Assembly (NCBI GenBank): GCA_963817255.1
Contig: CAWFNT010000003.1
Coordinates: 66,126 to 130,125 of the forward strand
Direction: 5' to 3'
From: an uncultured Actinomycetes bacterium
Lineage (GTDB): Bacteria; Actinomycetota; Coriobacteriia; Anaerosomatales; CAVRZR01
DNA length: 64,000 nucleotides
Position numbers and translations under genes: made by a program
Part shown: positions 35,611 through 46,113 of the stretch, in pieces
Numbering within the stretch: position 1 is the first letter of the stretch
How the letters are laid out: the number at the start of each line of letters is the position of its first letter
The notes under the pieces: generated by a model
Databases searched by the model: none
Told to the model about the DNA's origin: nothing
What the model saw: only the letters and a program-made list of their open reading frames with translations

Positions 35611-38115
35611 TTACGCTGCGGCGATAGCACTCACAACGATGCTCTTCCATTCGGCGGCCGCTGCGTCGGCACTCTCGGAGCTGTCCCCCTCCGAGTAGAT
35701 CGACACCAGAGGCTCGCTCGAGTGGGGCAACACGAGCACCCATCCACCGTCCAGGCTGACCCGCACGCCCTCGGTGTAGTTGGCATCCAGGCTCGCTGCC
35801 GCCTCGGTCACCGCGCGCATGACTGCGCCCTTCCGCTCGATCGGGCAGAAGACGGGCAACTCGCGCTTGTAGAACGGCGGCAGGTCCGCGACCACGTCGT
35901 CCATCGTGGTATCGAGACAGTCGAGCATCCTCACGATCATGCCGAGGGAGAGGATGCCGTCGTAGGCCGCGATGAAGTCCGCGAAGATGTAACCCCCGGT
36001 GGTCGACCCTGCGAAGCCCACTGCGTCCGAGAGTGCCAGTGCGGCCAGCGAGCGTCGCGAACGACCGGGCCTCATGACCTCGCGACCGTGGGCCTTCGCG
36101 ATGCGCTCGACGACCTGCGAGGCCTGCAGCGGCACGGCGATCGGGCGGCCGGAGGAGTCAGTCCTGCACCAGAGCTCGACCACCGCGTGCAACGCTGTGT
36201 CCCCGTCGAGTGCCCTGCCCTTCGGCGTCACGAGGCGAATCCGTTCGGCATCGGCATCGAAGCGCACGCCCAGATCGGCCTGGAACAGCTCGACGGAGTG
36301 CCTGAGGATCTCGAGGCCCGTGCCGCCCTCCTCCGTCATCTGGACGGTCGCCTCGGCGTCGTTGAACGCGTTCAAGCCGACGAGGTTGATGTGCCATCCG
36401 CTCGAGACCTGCGGGAGGACGATCGACGCCGAGCCTCCGGCAAGGTCGGCGACGACCTTGCGCCAGGTGTCCCGAAACTGCTGGCGCTGCATGGCTTCGG
36501 CGAGCCCGGCCGCGTAGTACTCCAGCGCGCGCGGTGGGTAGATGATGTCGCCCACCTCGTCGAAGAACGCGCGCCGAAACTCCCCGCGGAAGTAGAGTCG
36601 CTCGACCTTCTTCTCGTCGCCGGTGGCAATGTCGAGCCCGGTCTTGTCGAACAGGTGTATCTCGACCGACTGCGGGTCGGTGGGTGACGCGCAGACGTGG
36701 ATGCCCGCGACGCACCTCGTCTCTCGCGTGGTGAACCGGTTCACCGCCGAGGAAGCGACCCGCAAGTCGCGCACGTTGATGCCTGCCGAGTTGAGGCCCG
36801 CAACCATCGCGCGCTTGACCATCCTCGACGGGCGCGCCACGTCTCTGCTCACAATGACGTGGCCTCCCTTCGGCAGGGTGCTCCCGAACGCCTGAGCCAC
36901 CTTCAGAGCGAGCTCCGGAGTGATGTCCACGCCCACGAGCCCCGCGATGCCGTTGTCGCCGAAGAGCGCGTGCACGCCCGTGCTCTCCCAGATGAGCGAG
37001 GACGACACGATGGCGGCGGGCTCGATACGCTTGTAGGGGTAGACCTGGACGTCGGTGAGCACGTGCGCTCCCCTGCCCACCATGGTCTCGTCACCGATGA
37101 CCGCGCCGATGTCCACCTGCGCCCGCGCGCGCACGTCGACGCGACGGCAGAGCACCGCGCCGGAGACCTGCGCGCCCATGCCCACGAACGTGTCGCTCCA
37201 CAACACCGAATGACTCACCCGGGTGTCGGTTCCGATGACGCAGTTGTCGCCGATGACCGTGTATTCGCCGATGATGGCGCCTGCGCGTACGTTGACGTTC
37301 GAGCCGATGACGACGTGGTTGCCAAGCTTCGTATCCGGGTCGATCTTGGCTCCCTCGCCGATCCAGAGGTCCTCACGCGCTCGTACGCCGGGCACGTAGA
37401 CCATCGCGTCACCGTTGAGGATGTCGCGGTGGGCTTGGACGTAGGTCTCCCGACTGCCGATATCGCACCAGTAGCCGTCGAGCACGCATCCGTAGAGCGC
37501 GTGGCCCTGCTCCATGAGCAGCGGAAACAGATCCGCCGAGAAGTCGAAAGACACGTCCTTCGGCACCAGATCCAGCACCCACGGCTCGACGACGTAGATG
37601 CCGGTATTGATCGTGTCCGAGAAGACCTGGCCCCACGTGGGCTTCTCCAAGAAGCGCTCGATGCGGCCGTCCTCGGCGGTGATGACGACGCCATACTCGA
37701 GAGGGTCCGGAACGCTCTTGAGCGCGATGGTGACCGCGCCGCCCTTCTTGCGGTGGAACTCGATCACCTCGGTCAAGTCGAAGTCGGTGAGAGCGTCGCC
37801 CGAGATGACGAGGAAGGTCTCGCGCTCGAGCAGCGATTCCGCGTTCTTCACCGAACCGGCCGTCCCGAGAGGCGTCTCCTCGAGCGCGTAGGCGATCTTG
37901 ATCCCCCACTCTTCGCCGTCGCCGAAGTAGTCCTGAATGACCTTCGGCAAGAACGCGAGTGTCGCGACAACGCTGTCGATGCCGTGATGCCTGACGAGGC
38001 CGATGATGTGTTCCATGACCGGCTGGTTCACGATGGGCACCATCGGTTTTGGCCGAAGGCTCGTGAGAGGCCGAAGCCGGGTACCTTCACCACCCGCCAT
38101 GATCACAGCTTGCAT
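35611..38115 (-). CDS. Bifunctional sugar-1-phosphate nucleotidylyltransferase (with LbH domain) / phosphohexomutase
   Basis: The N-terminus [13 protein letters not shown] is NTP-transferase-like, followed by a hexapeptide-repeat region. The C-terminal ~450 aa are PGM/PMM-like. Confidence 0.8.
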   Translation of the reverse strand: MQAVIMAGGEGTRLRPLTSLRPKPMVPIVNQPVMEHIIGLVRHHGIDSVVATLAFLPKVIQDYFGDGEEWGIKIAYALEETPLGTAGSVKNAESLLERETFLVISGDALTDFDLTEVIEFHRKKGGAVTIALKSVPDPLEYGVVITAEDGRIERFLEKPTWGQVFSDTINTGIYVVEPWVLDLVPKDVSFDFSADLFPLLMEQGHALYGCVLDGYWCDIGSRETYVQAHRDILNGDAMVYVPGVRAREDLWIGEGAKIDPDTKLGNHVVIGSNVNVRAGAIIGEYTVIGDNCVIGTDTRVSHSVLWSDTFVGMGAQVSGAVLCRRVDVRARAQVDIGAVIGDETMVGRGAHVLTDVQVYPYKRIEPAAIVSSSLIWESTGVHALFGDNGIAGLVGVDITPELALKVAQAFGSTLPKGGHVIVSRDVARPSRMVKRAMVAGLNSAGINVRDLRVASSAVNRFTTRETRCVAGIHVCASPTDPQSVEIHLFDKTGLDIATGDEKKVERLYFRGEFRRAFFDEVGDIIYPPRALEYYAAGLAEAMQRQQFRDTWRKVVADLAGGSASIVLPQVSSGWHINLVGLNAFNDAEATVQMTEEGGTGLEILRHSVELFQADLGVRFDADAERIRLVTPKGRALDGDTALHAVVELWCRTDSSGRPIAVPLQASQVVERIAKAHGREVMRPGRSRRSLAALALSDAVGFAGSTTGGYIFADFIAAYDGILSLGMIVRMLDCLDTTMDDVVADLPPFYKRELPVFCPIERKGAVMRAVTEAAASLDANYTEGVRVSLDGGWVLVLPHSSEPLVSIYSEGDSSESADAAAAEWKSIVVSAIAAA

Positions 38116-38181
38116 GCGTGCCCCCTGTTCGCGTGGGCCTGAGAGTCGAGAAACGTCTGGACACGCTGTCGGCGCGCCTAC

Positions 38182-38892
38182 CTAGGTTTGTGCCCGTCCG
38201 ACGCCTTGTTCCGACTCGGCCGCCCGTATCTCTCGCGAGAGCCTTCGAGCGGCAACCGTGTACTGAGCCGCAGCCCAGAACGACAGGACCAGACCGGCGT
38301 AGACGAACCAGATACCCAGCGGCGCGGGAGCCGATCCGAATCCCGGCAGCGCTTTCTCCGCGGCAGGCGAGGTCACGATGCCCAGTCCGGGAACCATCGG
38401 CCAGTTCAGGATCAGGAGGGAGAAGCCCGCGAGCAGTACGGCGGTCGTGGCCTTACCGGTGCGGTTGACCGGGACGCGCCTGTGGTGGCCCTCGAGGCGC
38501 CACGAGCCGTAGAGGAGGTACGCATCGCGCGCCACCAAGGCTACCAAGATCCAGAGCGGCAGGCGGTCCTCTAGGAAGAGCCCTATCACCCCCGCGGCGA
38601 TGAGAAGCCGATCGACGAGCGGATCGATCGCCTTCCCGATCTCGGTCACGGTGCCGGTGCGCCTGGCGATCTGACCGTCGAGCCAGTCCGTCGATGCGGC
38701 TGCCACGAAGAGCAGGAACGCGAGCGTGTCCGAGCGATCGGTCAGGAAGACCGAGAAGAAGATGGGCACGAGGATGAGCCGAAGGACCGTGATGATGTTG
38801 GCCACCGTGTAGATCTCGTGGCTGTGGTCCTCTGCGGAAGTCGGGCCGGCCTTCGACTCCGGCGCGTCGGGTGTCGGGGAGTCGCCTACCAC
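38182..38892 (-). CDS. pgsA: CDP-alcohol phosphatidyltransferase (PgsA-like)
   Basis: Motif DWLDGQIARRTGTVTEIGKAIDPLVD (D-x2-DG-x2-AR...G-x3-D-x3-D). The GTG at 38892 overlaps the corA stop. Confidence 0.8.
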   Translation of the reverse strand: MVGDSPTPDAPESKAGPTSAEDHSHEIYTVANIITVLRLILVPIFFSVFLTDRSDTLAFLLFVAAASTDWLDGQIARRTGTVTEIGKAIDPLVDRLLIAAGVIGLFLEDRLPLWILVALVARDAYLLYGSWRLEGHHRRVPVNRTGKATTAVLLAGFSLLILNWPMVPGLGIVTSPAAEKALPGFGSAPAPLGIWFVYAGLVLSFWAAAQYTVAARRLSREIRAAESEQGVGRAQT

Positions 38893-39848
38893 CAGTTCTT
38901 CCTCCGGAAATACGCTGCCATGACGGTCGCGATCACGAGCATGCTGCCGACAACCACGGCGAAGGACCACATGGCCGAGATCGGTGGCCACATGCCTCTG
39001 ACGACGTTCATCCCGTAGATTCCCGAGATGAGTGTCAGCGGCATGAAGATCGTCGCGACGACGGTGAGCTGCTTCATGATCTCGTTCATGCGGTTGTTGA
39101 TCGAGGACAGGTAGATGTCCATGACCGCGGCAGCGACCTCGCGGGCGGTCTCGATGGAGTCCTCGGCTCGTGCGAGGTGATCGCCTACGTCCTGAAGGTA
39201 GCGGTACGCCTCGTCGTCGACGATCTCGGGGACGCGCACGACCGCCCTCAGCACGTCCCTCTCGGGGCTGATCACGCGGTGCAGCGACACGAGCTCCCGT
39301 CTGAGCGTATACAGGCGCTGAACGTCTTCCTTTCGCGGATTGTCGAGCATGATGTCTTCGATGTCCTCGAGCCTGTCGGCGATGTCGTCGACGAGCGGCA
39401 TCACCGAGTCCACAAGTCGGTCGACGATCTCGTAGAAGAGTCCGGCCTCACCGCGCTCGAGAACGTGCATCCCCTCTTCGACGGTGTTGTCGATCGCCCA
39501 GAGCCGCTCCTCGTGCACGGTGATCACGAAGTCCTTGCCGATAAAGACGTCGACCTCGGCCAGATGGACGCCGTCGTGGTCCTCTCTGACCGGCGTCAAC
39601 CACACGAGGAACCAGCTTGAGGCGTACTCGTTGATCTTCGGGCGCTGCGGGAAATGCAGCGTGTCCTCCACCGCCAGGGGATGCAGATCGAAGACGCGCT
39701 GGAGTTCTTGGAGAGGCTGGTCTTCGACTCCCAGGACGTCGACCCACACGAGCCCGTGGCGACGTGCTTCGTCGAGCTGGGCGAGCCCGCCGGTCTGCAT
39801 CTGACCATCGGCGACCCATCGGACTGATGTCTGCGCGTTCTCAGCCAC
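38886..39848 (-). CDS. corA: Magnesium/cobalt transporter CorA
   Basis: 320 aa with a C-terminal TM pair carrying the YGMNV (GMN) motif. Confidence 0.9.
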   Translation of the reverse strand: MAENAQTSVRWVADGQMQTGGLAQLDEARRHGLVWVDVLGVEDQPLQELQRVFDLHPLAVEDTLHFPQRPKINEYASSWFLVWLTPVREDHDGVHLAEVDVFIGKDFVITVHEERLWAIDNTVEEGMHVLERGEAGLFYEIVDRLVDSVMPLVDDIADRLEDIEDIMLDNPRKEDVQRLYTLRRELVSLHRVISPERDVLRAVVRVPEIVDDEAYRYLQDVGDHLARAEDSIETAREVAAAVMDIYLSSINNRMNEIMKQLTVVATIFMPLTLISGIYGMNVVRGMWPPISAMWSFAVVVGSMLVIATVMAAYFRRKNWW

Positions 39849-40085
39849 TCGTGCGCCCCTCCTCGCGTCGCCCCGGCAGACTCAGGATAACGCGAAACCG
39901 GGCGAGGGATGATGGGCCCGATCGTCCGATGCGGCGCGTTCCCGCTGCTCTGAACGTTTCCGGCTATGTTTCGAGATCGTAGGCCCGCGACAACCCCGGC
40001 ACAGTCAGGCCCGACGACACTCGCTGTGGAGGGCAACCCGGGAAGCTCACCACGACAAACGTCAACCAGACTGAAGGAGAGACCA

Positions 40086-40650
40086 ATGAACAACAGGAAG
40101 GTACTTGGGTTCATCGCAGTGGGGCTCGTCGCGGGTCTCGCACTCGGATCGCTCGGCATAGCCAGCGCAGCGAACCTGACGGGCAGTTCAGCGGCCACAT
40201 CGTCAACGGCCCCCACGGCGTCGGCTCGGCCCGGACCCGGCGGTCCCGGAGGGCCTGCTGGCGGCGTGATCGGCAAGCCCGGCTACGGAGGCGAGGGCGA
40301 CATTGCCGAGGCGCTCGCCGCAGCTCAGCGGCCTGAGTGTCGACGAGATCAACGCGCAGCGCGCGGCGGGAACGAGCTACGCCGCGATCGCGAAGGCCGA
40401 GGGCGTGTCCACCGACGATCTGATCGCCAAGACGGTCGAGATCGAGAAGAAGGAGTGCAGCGCAGGCGTCACGAGCGGCCAGATCACGTCGGCCGAAAGC
40501 GCGAAGGCCATGGCCGACATCGAGACACGACTCACGACCGCGATCAACGATACCTCGGCGATGCCCGCGCACGGGCCCGGTGGGCCTGGCGGACCCGGCG
40601 CGCCTGCCGGAACGCGCACGTCCACGGGCTCGTCGACCGCGACGCAGTGA
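40086..40650 (+). pseudogene. Small secreted Gly/Pro-flanked protein with an apparent +1 frameshift at 40320
   Basis: GAAGGAGAG RBS and signal peptide MNNRKVLGFIAVGLVAGLALGSLGIASA. Frame A becomes Arg-rich nonsense after ...IAEALA. Frame B (ORF 40303-40650) continues sensibly: QLSGLSVDEINAQRAAGTSYAAIAKAEG... Confidence 0.6.
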
Positions 40651-40707
40651 CCTCAGACCGTGAGGAGCCCGCGTCGAGAGCGCGAGGCGGTCGGACAGCG
40701 ACAAACG

Positions 40708-40737
40708 GCAGCGGGCGGTGGATGTCCACCGCCCGCT
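40708..40737 (-). terminator. 14-bp perfect hairpin downstream of paralog A (cagcgggcggtgga-tg-tccaccgcccgctg)
   Basis: Located ~110 nt after the stop of 40849-43101 on the minus strand and followed by ccgTTTGtcg. An identical copy sits at 43541-43570. Confidence 0.6.
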
Positions 40738-40848
40738 GCATCGAAACCGCCTCTCCCCCTCCGGGCATCTTAGCCTTCGCAGAGAGGGCGCTTCCGGATA
40801 TTCAGGTTGCGAACACCCGGAATGCCTGGTTCATCGTGTCAAAGAGGC

Positions 40849-43101
40849 CTATGGATGGGGGGTCTCCCAGAAGGCGTACACGTGGTCGTCGGGCGACGGG
40901 CCGAGTGGCTGGCCGGATGCGTCCGCCCAGATAGCGTGCACGAAGTCGTGGTGCTCGCAGTGCTTTGGCGGCTGGATGACGTCGACACCGTGACCGATCT
41001 CGATTGCCAGTTTGTAGACATTGGCGGCCGTTTGACCGTCGAAGTTGCTCCACATATGACCCTCGAAGGTATTGGAGTTGCCCACCATGATGCCGCTCGT
41101 CTGACAGACGACGTCACCCTTCCAAGTTCCTCCAAGAATGTAGAACCCGTGGGGGTTGGCCGTCGTGCCTGTCCACAGCGACTCGACGCGGATGTCGCTC
41201 GCGTCGCCGCCGTTGACGGTCACGTTGATCGTGCCGGTTACCCACCGGTTCTTGACGTAGATATGGATTGGCCCCGCGGTCACGTTCATGACCAGCTTGG
41301 TGCCATTGTTCAACGACAGGGCGTCGAGGAAGTAGAGACCCGAACCGTTAAACGTGAGCGTGTCTCCGCCACCACCGTTGATTGCCGCCCAGTACCCGGG
41401 AGTGAGGGTCGCGCTCTTGCCGTTTCCGGGCGGGAGCGGGTTGGGGGTAGGCGGACCAGCAGGGAACGGGGGCGGGGGCACGAACGTCGGCTTGAAGTAC
41501 GTGCCGAGCAGCCCGACCGCCGGCCAAGCGGGATTGTTGACGATGAAGTCTCCCGAGACCTGAGATGGGAACTGCCCGAACTTCGAGTCGGTGATCATGG
41601 AGCCCCAGATGTGGGTCTGACCCCCGCCGTTTGCGTAGATGTTGCCCACGCTGCCGACGTTGCCGTAGATCTGAGTCCCGGTCCCGAGCTTTACGGTCAG
41701 TCTCACGGTAGGAGCCAAGGTCGTGTACATGCCCTTGCCCCACACAAGAAACTCGCCGTTCGCGCAGGGGAAGAGGCTGAAGAAGCTCACCGGTCCGTAC
41801 TGGTAGACAAGCGTGGTGTTGCCCGGAATTGGATTGGGGAACGGGGTGGGATCGAACGCGGGCGTCGACCCGGCATTGAAGACCGAGTCGGTGAGTGTGA
41901 CGTTGTACGCTGGCTCACTGCCCACGTTCTGAACCACGAACGCAAACCAGATGGGGGTGCCGAAGGGCACGAACGGGCCGGGATAGGTGTCCGCGTCCAG
42001 GTACTCCTTCGTCGGATCGCTCGGGTCCTTGCCGTCGATCGAGATCATCTTCTTGACGATGATGACCGGCGGGGTGCCGGTGGGATCCCTGTGGGGGATT
42101 ATGCTGACGCCGACGTTGTCGGTGAGCGGATTGGCGCCAGTCCCACCACCAGGTACATTCACACCGTCAGAGAAGCTCTCGGGGGTCAGTGCGATGAGCC
42201 CGACCTCGCCGGGAGTGGCAGGGCTCTTCCCTGCCAGATCACCGACACCCAGGGTACCGCTCCAAGCCAGGTCGGTGATCTTGAGCGCCAGGGTCTCTGT
42301 CGCGCTGCTCGGGTCCGTAGGATCCGCATGGTTGTAGAACGACCCGGTCACGGCGACTTGGTCGCTGTTCGCACCCGTGACCGAGACATTCATCACGAGC
42401 CGATACCAGTGATCTCCCGATGTCGAACCGATCCGCTGCGTGAGCGAGAGACCCGGGTTGGTGTCTGCCTCGAAGAGTTGGTCAACGTCGATGGACGCGA
42501 GTTCCGTGCCGGTCCCCGCGATCTGGTAGACGAGGCTCAACCTGGCATGGTCGTGATTGTTGCCGCCACCGTGCTGGGCAAGCAGTGCCAGTCCGTCCAT
42601 GGCGTCTTCGTCATACATCGCGAGGATCCCGCCGGAGGAGTTGTGTCCGGGTGAGGCGAACAGCACGTCCGCCTTGAGCGTGACGCCCCCGGGCACGGTG
42701 AAGTCGACCAGACTCCGCGTGCCCGCGGTCTTGTCGGCGGGTGTCGTGTCATAGACCGTGATCCAGCTCTGGCCGGCTGCTGGAGGACCACCGCTCCTTT
42801 GACCGGTGAAGTTGATCGCGAAGTCGTCCCCGCCAACGACGGCGCGCGAAGGGGAACCGGCAGTCGCGATCAGGTTGGGGTTCGCGTTGATGTAGTCCTG
42901 CTCGTACGGGTCGGCCTTCCCCCACCAGATGACGTCCCGATACAGGCCGGTCGTCTGGTTGTTCACGGCGGTGTTCACCGTGTTGTCGTAGTCAGCCGGC
43001 AACAGCGCGTTCGCCGAAACGACCGCCGGACCAGCGACTATCGCGGCGATGGCCATCACCGCTATGCCGAACGTAAGTACCCTCCGCAATCTGTTCTTCA
43101 T
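40849..43101 (-). CDS. Large secreted protein, paralog A (750 aa): signal peptide, ConA/LamG-like N-domain, Ig-like middle domain, Gly/Asn/Thr-rich beta-helix-like region, His/Cys-rich tail
   Basis: ATG at 43101 preceded by GAGGAGG. Signal peptide MKNRLRRVLTFGIAVMAIAAIVAGPAVVSANA. The domain labels are pattern-based guesses only. Confidence 0.85.
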   Translation of the reverse strand: MKNRLRRVLTFGIAVMAIAAIVAGPAVVSANALLPADYDNTVNTAVNNQTTGLYRDVIWWGKADPYEQDYINANPNLIATAGSPSRAVVGGDDFAINFTGQRSGGPPAAGQSWITVYDTTPADKTAGTRSLVDFTVPGGVTLKADVLFASPGHNSSGGILAMYDEDAMDGLALLAQHGGGNNHDHARLSLVYQIAGTGTELASIDVDQLFEADTNPGLSLTQRIGSTSGDHWYRLVMNVSVTGANSDQVAVTGSFYNHADPTDPSSATETLALKITDLAWSGTLGVGDLAGKSPATPGEVGLIALTPESFSDGVNVPGGGTGANPLTDNVGVSIIPHRDPTGTPPVIIVKKMISIDGKDPSDPTKEYLDADTYPGPFVPFGTPIWFAFVVQNVGSEPAYNVTLTDSVFNAGSTPAFDPTPFPNPIPGNTTLVYQYGPVSFFSLFPCANGEFLVWGKGMYTTLAPTVRLTVKLGTGTQIYGNVGSVGNIYANGGGQTHIWGSMITDSKFGQFPSQVSGDFIVNNPAWPAVGLLGTYFKPTFVPPPPFPAGPPTPNPLPPGNGKSATLTPGYWAAINGGGGDTLTFNGSGLYFLDALSLNNGTKLVMNVTAGPIHIYVKNRWVTGTINVTVNGGDASDIRVESLWTGTTANPHGFYILGGTWKGDVVCQTSGIMVGNSNTFEGHMWSNFDGQTAANVYKLAIEIGHGVDVIQPPKHCEHHDFVHAIWADASGQPLGPSPDDHVYAFWETPHP

Positions 43102-43252
43102 GATTACCTCCTCTGTGCCTCCACGAGTGAAGATGTGGCGATACGACTCGCCCGTTGGTGTTTCATCGAATGGCATACCCCCAAACAGCGTGCCTCCCCA
43201 GTTGCCTTCCACGATTGCGACTGGATTCGCGTCTTCTGTCCCAAGAACGCGA

Positions 43253-43278
43253 AAACCGGCCAGTTACCAGGCCGGTTT
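43253..43278 (-). terminator. Hairpin aaaccggcc-N8-ggccggttt followed by TTTTCGCG on the minus strand, ~150 nt upstream of paralog A
   Basis: 9-bp stem plus a 4-U tract, so it is intrinsic-terminator-like. It is duplicated at 46088-46113. Confidence 0.55.
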
Positions 43279-43540
43279 GACTAGTAGCTCCCCGTCGCCA
43301 AAGTCACCATGTTGCGGCCACGGATCAACGCTTCCTGATTTCCGAGCTATGCAATTGAGTGACTGTTGCTATCCTCCCCCGAGCCCTGTGCCCTCAAACA
43401 CCCGGCAGCTGATGAGCGGCATGCGCCCGGGCGAAACAACCACTATCCACCCCAACATTCACCGTCCGAGTCTCAGTCCGAATCGACTCGCGGCTCCCCG
43501 TCACCATGATCGCCGCCGCGCGGCGACGGACTAGCGCTCG

Positions 43541-43570
43541 CAGCGGGCGGTGGATGTCCACCGCCCGCTG
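43541..43570 (-). terminator. 14-bp perfect hairpin downstream of paralog B (identical to 40708-40737)
   Basis: Same sequence, in the same position relative to the stop codon. Confidence 0.6.
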
Positions 43571-43680
43571 CATCGAAATCGCTTCTCCCCCTCCGGGCAT
43601 CTCAGCCTTCGCAGAGAGGGCGCTTCCGGACCTTCAGGTCGCGAGGACCCGGGAAGCCTGGTTCGTCGTGTCAAAGTGGC

Positions 43681-45927
43681 CTATGGATGCGGCGTCTCCC
43701 AGTAGGCGTACACGTGGTCGTCGGGCGACGGGCCAAGCGGCTGGCCCGCTGCGTCGGCCCAGATGGCGTGCACGTAGTCGTGGTGCTCGCAGTGCACCGG
43801 CGGCGGGATGACGTCGGCGCCGTGCTGGATGTCTATCGAGAGCGCGATTGCGCTCGCGGCAGGACCGTACTTGCCGTTCCAGTCGCTCCACATATAGCCC
43901 TCGAAGGTGCCCGAGTTCTGGCCGGTGCCGAACTTGATACCGCTCGTCCGGCAGATGACGGTGCCTGCCCAGTAGCCTCCCGCGTGCGAGAAGCCGTAGG
44001 GCTGGCTGCCGGTCCCGGTCCACTGCGACTCGAGAGAGATCATGCTGGCGTCGCCGCCGGTGAGGAAGCTCTTCGTGCCGCTTCCCCAGCTCGCCTGGTT
44101 GAGCACGTAGATCTTGACCGGGCCGTTCGTCAGGTCGAAGTAGAGCTTCCCGGCGTTGGCGAAGCTCAGGGACTTGAAGAAGTAGACCGCACCTCCGGGC
44201 GCGCCGGTGAAGTAGAGCTTCACCCCGCCGCCGCCCTTGATGTCGCCATAGGAGTTGCTCAGCCCGTTCCAGGCCAGCGGGGTGAAGCTGCCGTTGTTGC
44301 CGATGTTCGGCACGACGGGCTGGTCCACGGCCGGTATGGCAACGGAAGGCGGCAGCACCGGCGGCGTGGGCACGCCGGGCACGTTGAAGGCGCCCGCCAC
44401 GTGCGGCGGAGACTGTCCGATGAACTGAGACATCGTGGTGAGGTCGCCGTGGATCCAACCGGTGCCGTTGATATCCACGTCACCGACTGCTTCCACGTTG
44501 CCCCACACGTCCGACCCCTGTCCGATGTGGACGGCGGACTTCCACAGGCTCGATGTCGTCTGCGTGCCCCTGCCCCACACGAGCGTGTTGCTCGCGCAGG
44601 GGAAGAGGCTGAAGAAGCTCACGGGGCCGTACTCGTATACAAGCGTGGTATTGCCCGGGAAAGGATTGGGGAACGGGGTGGGATCGAACGGGGGCGTCGA
44701 TCCGGCATTGAAGACGGAGTCCGTCAGTGTGACGTTGTATGCCGGCTCATCGCCCAGGTTCTGGACCACGAACGCGAACCAGATGGGCGTGCCGAAGGGC
44801 ACGAACTCACCGGGATAGGTGTCCGCGTCCAGGTACTCCTTCGTCGGATCGCTCGGGTCCTTGCCGTCGATGGAGATCATCTTCTTGACGATGATCAACG
44901 GGTCGGTGCCGTGGGTTTCCGAGAACGGGATGATGCTGATGCCGACGTTGTCGGTGTGCGGATCGGCACCTGTCCAACCGTTCGCCACACCATCACTGAA
45001 GTTCTCAGGGGTCATCGCGATGAGCCCCACCTCGCCGGGAGTAGCGGGGCTCTTCCCTGCCAGGTCACCGACACCCAGAGTACCGCTCCAAGCCAGGTCG
45101 GTGATCTTGAGCGCCAGGGTCTCTGTCGCGCTGCTCGGGTCCGTGGGATCCGCATGGTTGTAGAACGACCCGGTCACGGCGACTTGGTCGTTGTTCGCAC
45201 CCGTGACCGAGACATTCATCACGAGCCGATACCAGTGATCTCCCGATGTCGAACCGATCCTCTGCGTGAGCGAGAGACCCGGGTTGGTGTCTGCCTCGAA
45301 GAGTTGGTCAACGTCGATGGACGCGAGTTCCGTGCCGGTCCCCGCGATCTGATAGACGAGGCTCAACCGGGCATGGTCGTGATTGTTGCCGCCGCCGTGC
45401 TGGGCAAGCAGTGCCAGGCCGTCCATGGCGTCTTCGTCATACATCGCGAGGATCCCGCCGGAGGAGTTGTGTCCGGGTGAGGCGAACAGCACGTCCGCCT
45501 TGAGCGTGACGCCCCCGGGCACGGTGAAGTCGACCAGACTCCGCGTGCCCGCGGTCTTGTCGGCGGGTGTCGTGTCATAGACCGTGATCCAGCTCTGGCC
45601 GGCTGCTGGAGGACCACCGCTCCTTTGCCCGGTGAAGTTGATCGCGAAGTCGTCCCCGCCAACGACGGCGCGCGAAGGGGAACCGGCAGTCGCGATCAGG
45701 TTGGGGTTCGCGTTGATGTAGTCCTGCTCGTACGGGTCGGCCTTCCCCCACCAGATGACGTCCCGATACAGGCCGGTCGTCTGGTTGTTCACGGCGGTGT
45801 TCACCGTGTTGTCGTAGTCAGCCGGCAACAGCGCGTTCGCCGAAACGACCGCCGGACCAGCGACTATCGCGGCGATGGCCATCACCGCTATGCCGAACGT
45901 AAGTACCCTCCGCAATCTGTTCTTCAT
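43681..45927 (-). CDS. Large secreted protein, paralog B (748 aa)
   Basis: ATG at 45927 preceded by AAGGGAGG. The N-terminal ~330 aa are almost identical to paralog A, the C-terminal half is diverged, and the last ~40 aa are conserved again. Confidence 0.85.
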   Translation of the reverse strand: MKNRLRRVLTFGIAVMAIAAIVAGPAVVSANALLPADYDNTVNTAVNNQTTGLYRDVIWWGKADPYEQDYINANPNLIATAGSPSRAVVGGDDFAINFTGQRSGGPPAAGQSWITVYDTTPADKTAGTRSLVDFTVPGGVTLKADVLFASPGHNSSGGILAMYDEDAMDGLALLAQHGGGNNHDHARLSLVYQIAGTGTELASIDVDQLFEADTNPGLSLTQRIGSTSGDHWYRLVMNVSVTGANNDQVAVTGSFYNHADPTDPSSATETLALKITDLAWSGTLGVGDLAGKSPATPGEVGLIAMTPENFSDGVANGWTGADPHTDNVGISIIPFSETHGTDPLIIVKKMISIDGKDPSDPTKEYLDADTYPGEFVPFGTPIWFAFVVQNLGDEPAYNVTLTDSVFNAGSTPPFDPTPFPNPFPGNTTLVYEYGPVSFFSLFPCASNTLVWGRGTQTTSSLWKSAVHIGQGSDVWGNVEAVGDVDINGTGWIHGDLTTMSQFIGQSPPHVAGAFNVPGVPTPPVLPPSVAIPAVDQPVVPNIGNNGSFTPLAWNGLSNSYGDIKGGGGVKLYFTGAPGGAVYFFKSLSFANAGKLYFDLTNGPVKIYVLNQASWGSGTKSFLTGGDASMISLESQWTGTGSQPYGFSHAGGYWAGTVICRTSGIKFGTGQNSGTFEGYMWSDWNGKYGPAASAIALSIDIQHGADVIPPPVHCEHHDYVHAIWADAAGQPLGPSPDDHVYAYWETPHP

Positions 45928-46087
45928 GATTACCTCCCTTGTGCCCCCACTAGCTATGCTGTGGCGAGACTACTCGCCCATTGGTGACTGTACCCCGATG
46001 CCGCCCATCCAAACGGTGTGTCACCCCCCGGTTGCCCGTCCGCCCCTGATTCAGCTGGCCTCGCGCTTCTGCCCCCAAGAAGCGCGA

Positions 46088-46113
46088 AAACCGGCCAGTT
46101 ACCAGGCCGGTTT
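46088..46113 (-). terminator. Terminator-like hairpin + TTTTCGCG, ~160 nt upstream of paralog B (copy of 43253-43278)
   Basis: Identical stem and loop sequence. Confidence 0.55.

Larger units (their letters stand above)
40708..43310. repeat. Tandem duplication, unit A (~2.6 kb: terminator + paralog A + leader hairpins)
   Basis: Collinear with 43541-46145 at an offset of 2826-2833 nt. Identity is mosaic (see findings). Confidence 0.9.

Noticed and set aside
34804-36687. 627-aa plus-strand ORF
   Set aside because: It is antisense to the VanW gene and the nucleotidyltransferase/phosphomutase gene, both of which have recognisable domains.
39849-40085. Possible Mg2+ (M-box) leader upstream of corA
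   Set aside because: No recognisable M-box conserved segments. The region is also shared with the divergent secreted-protein gene's promoter.
40807-45480. 615-aa (40807-42654) and 597-aa (43687-45480) plus-strand ORFs
   Set aside because: They are antisense shadows of the two secreted-protein paralogs. They have no RBS or signal features, and their composition is Arg/Gly/Val/Asp-rich.
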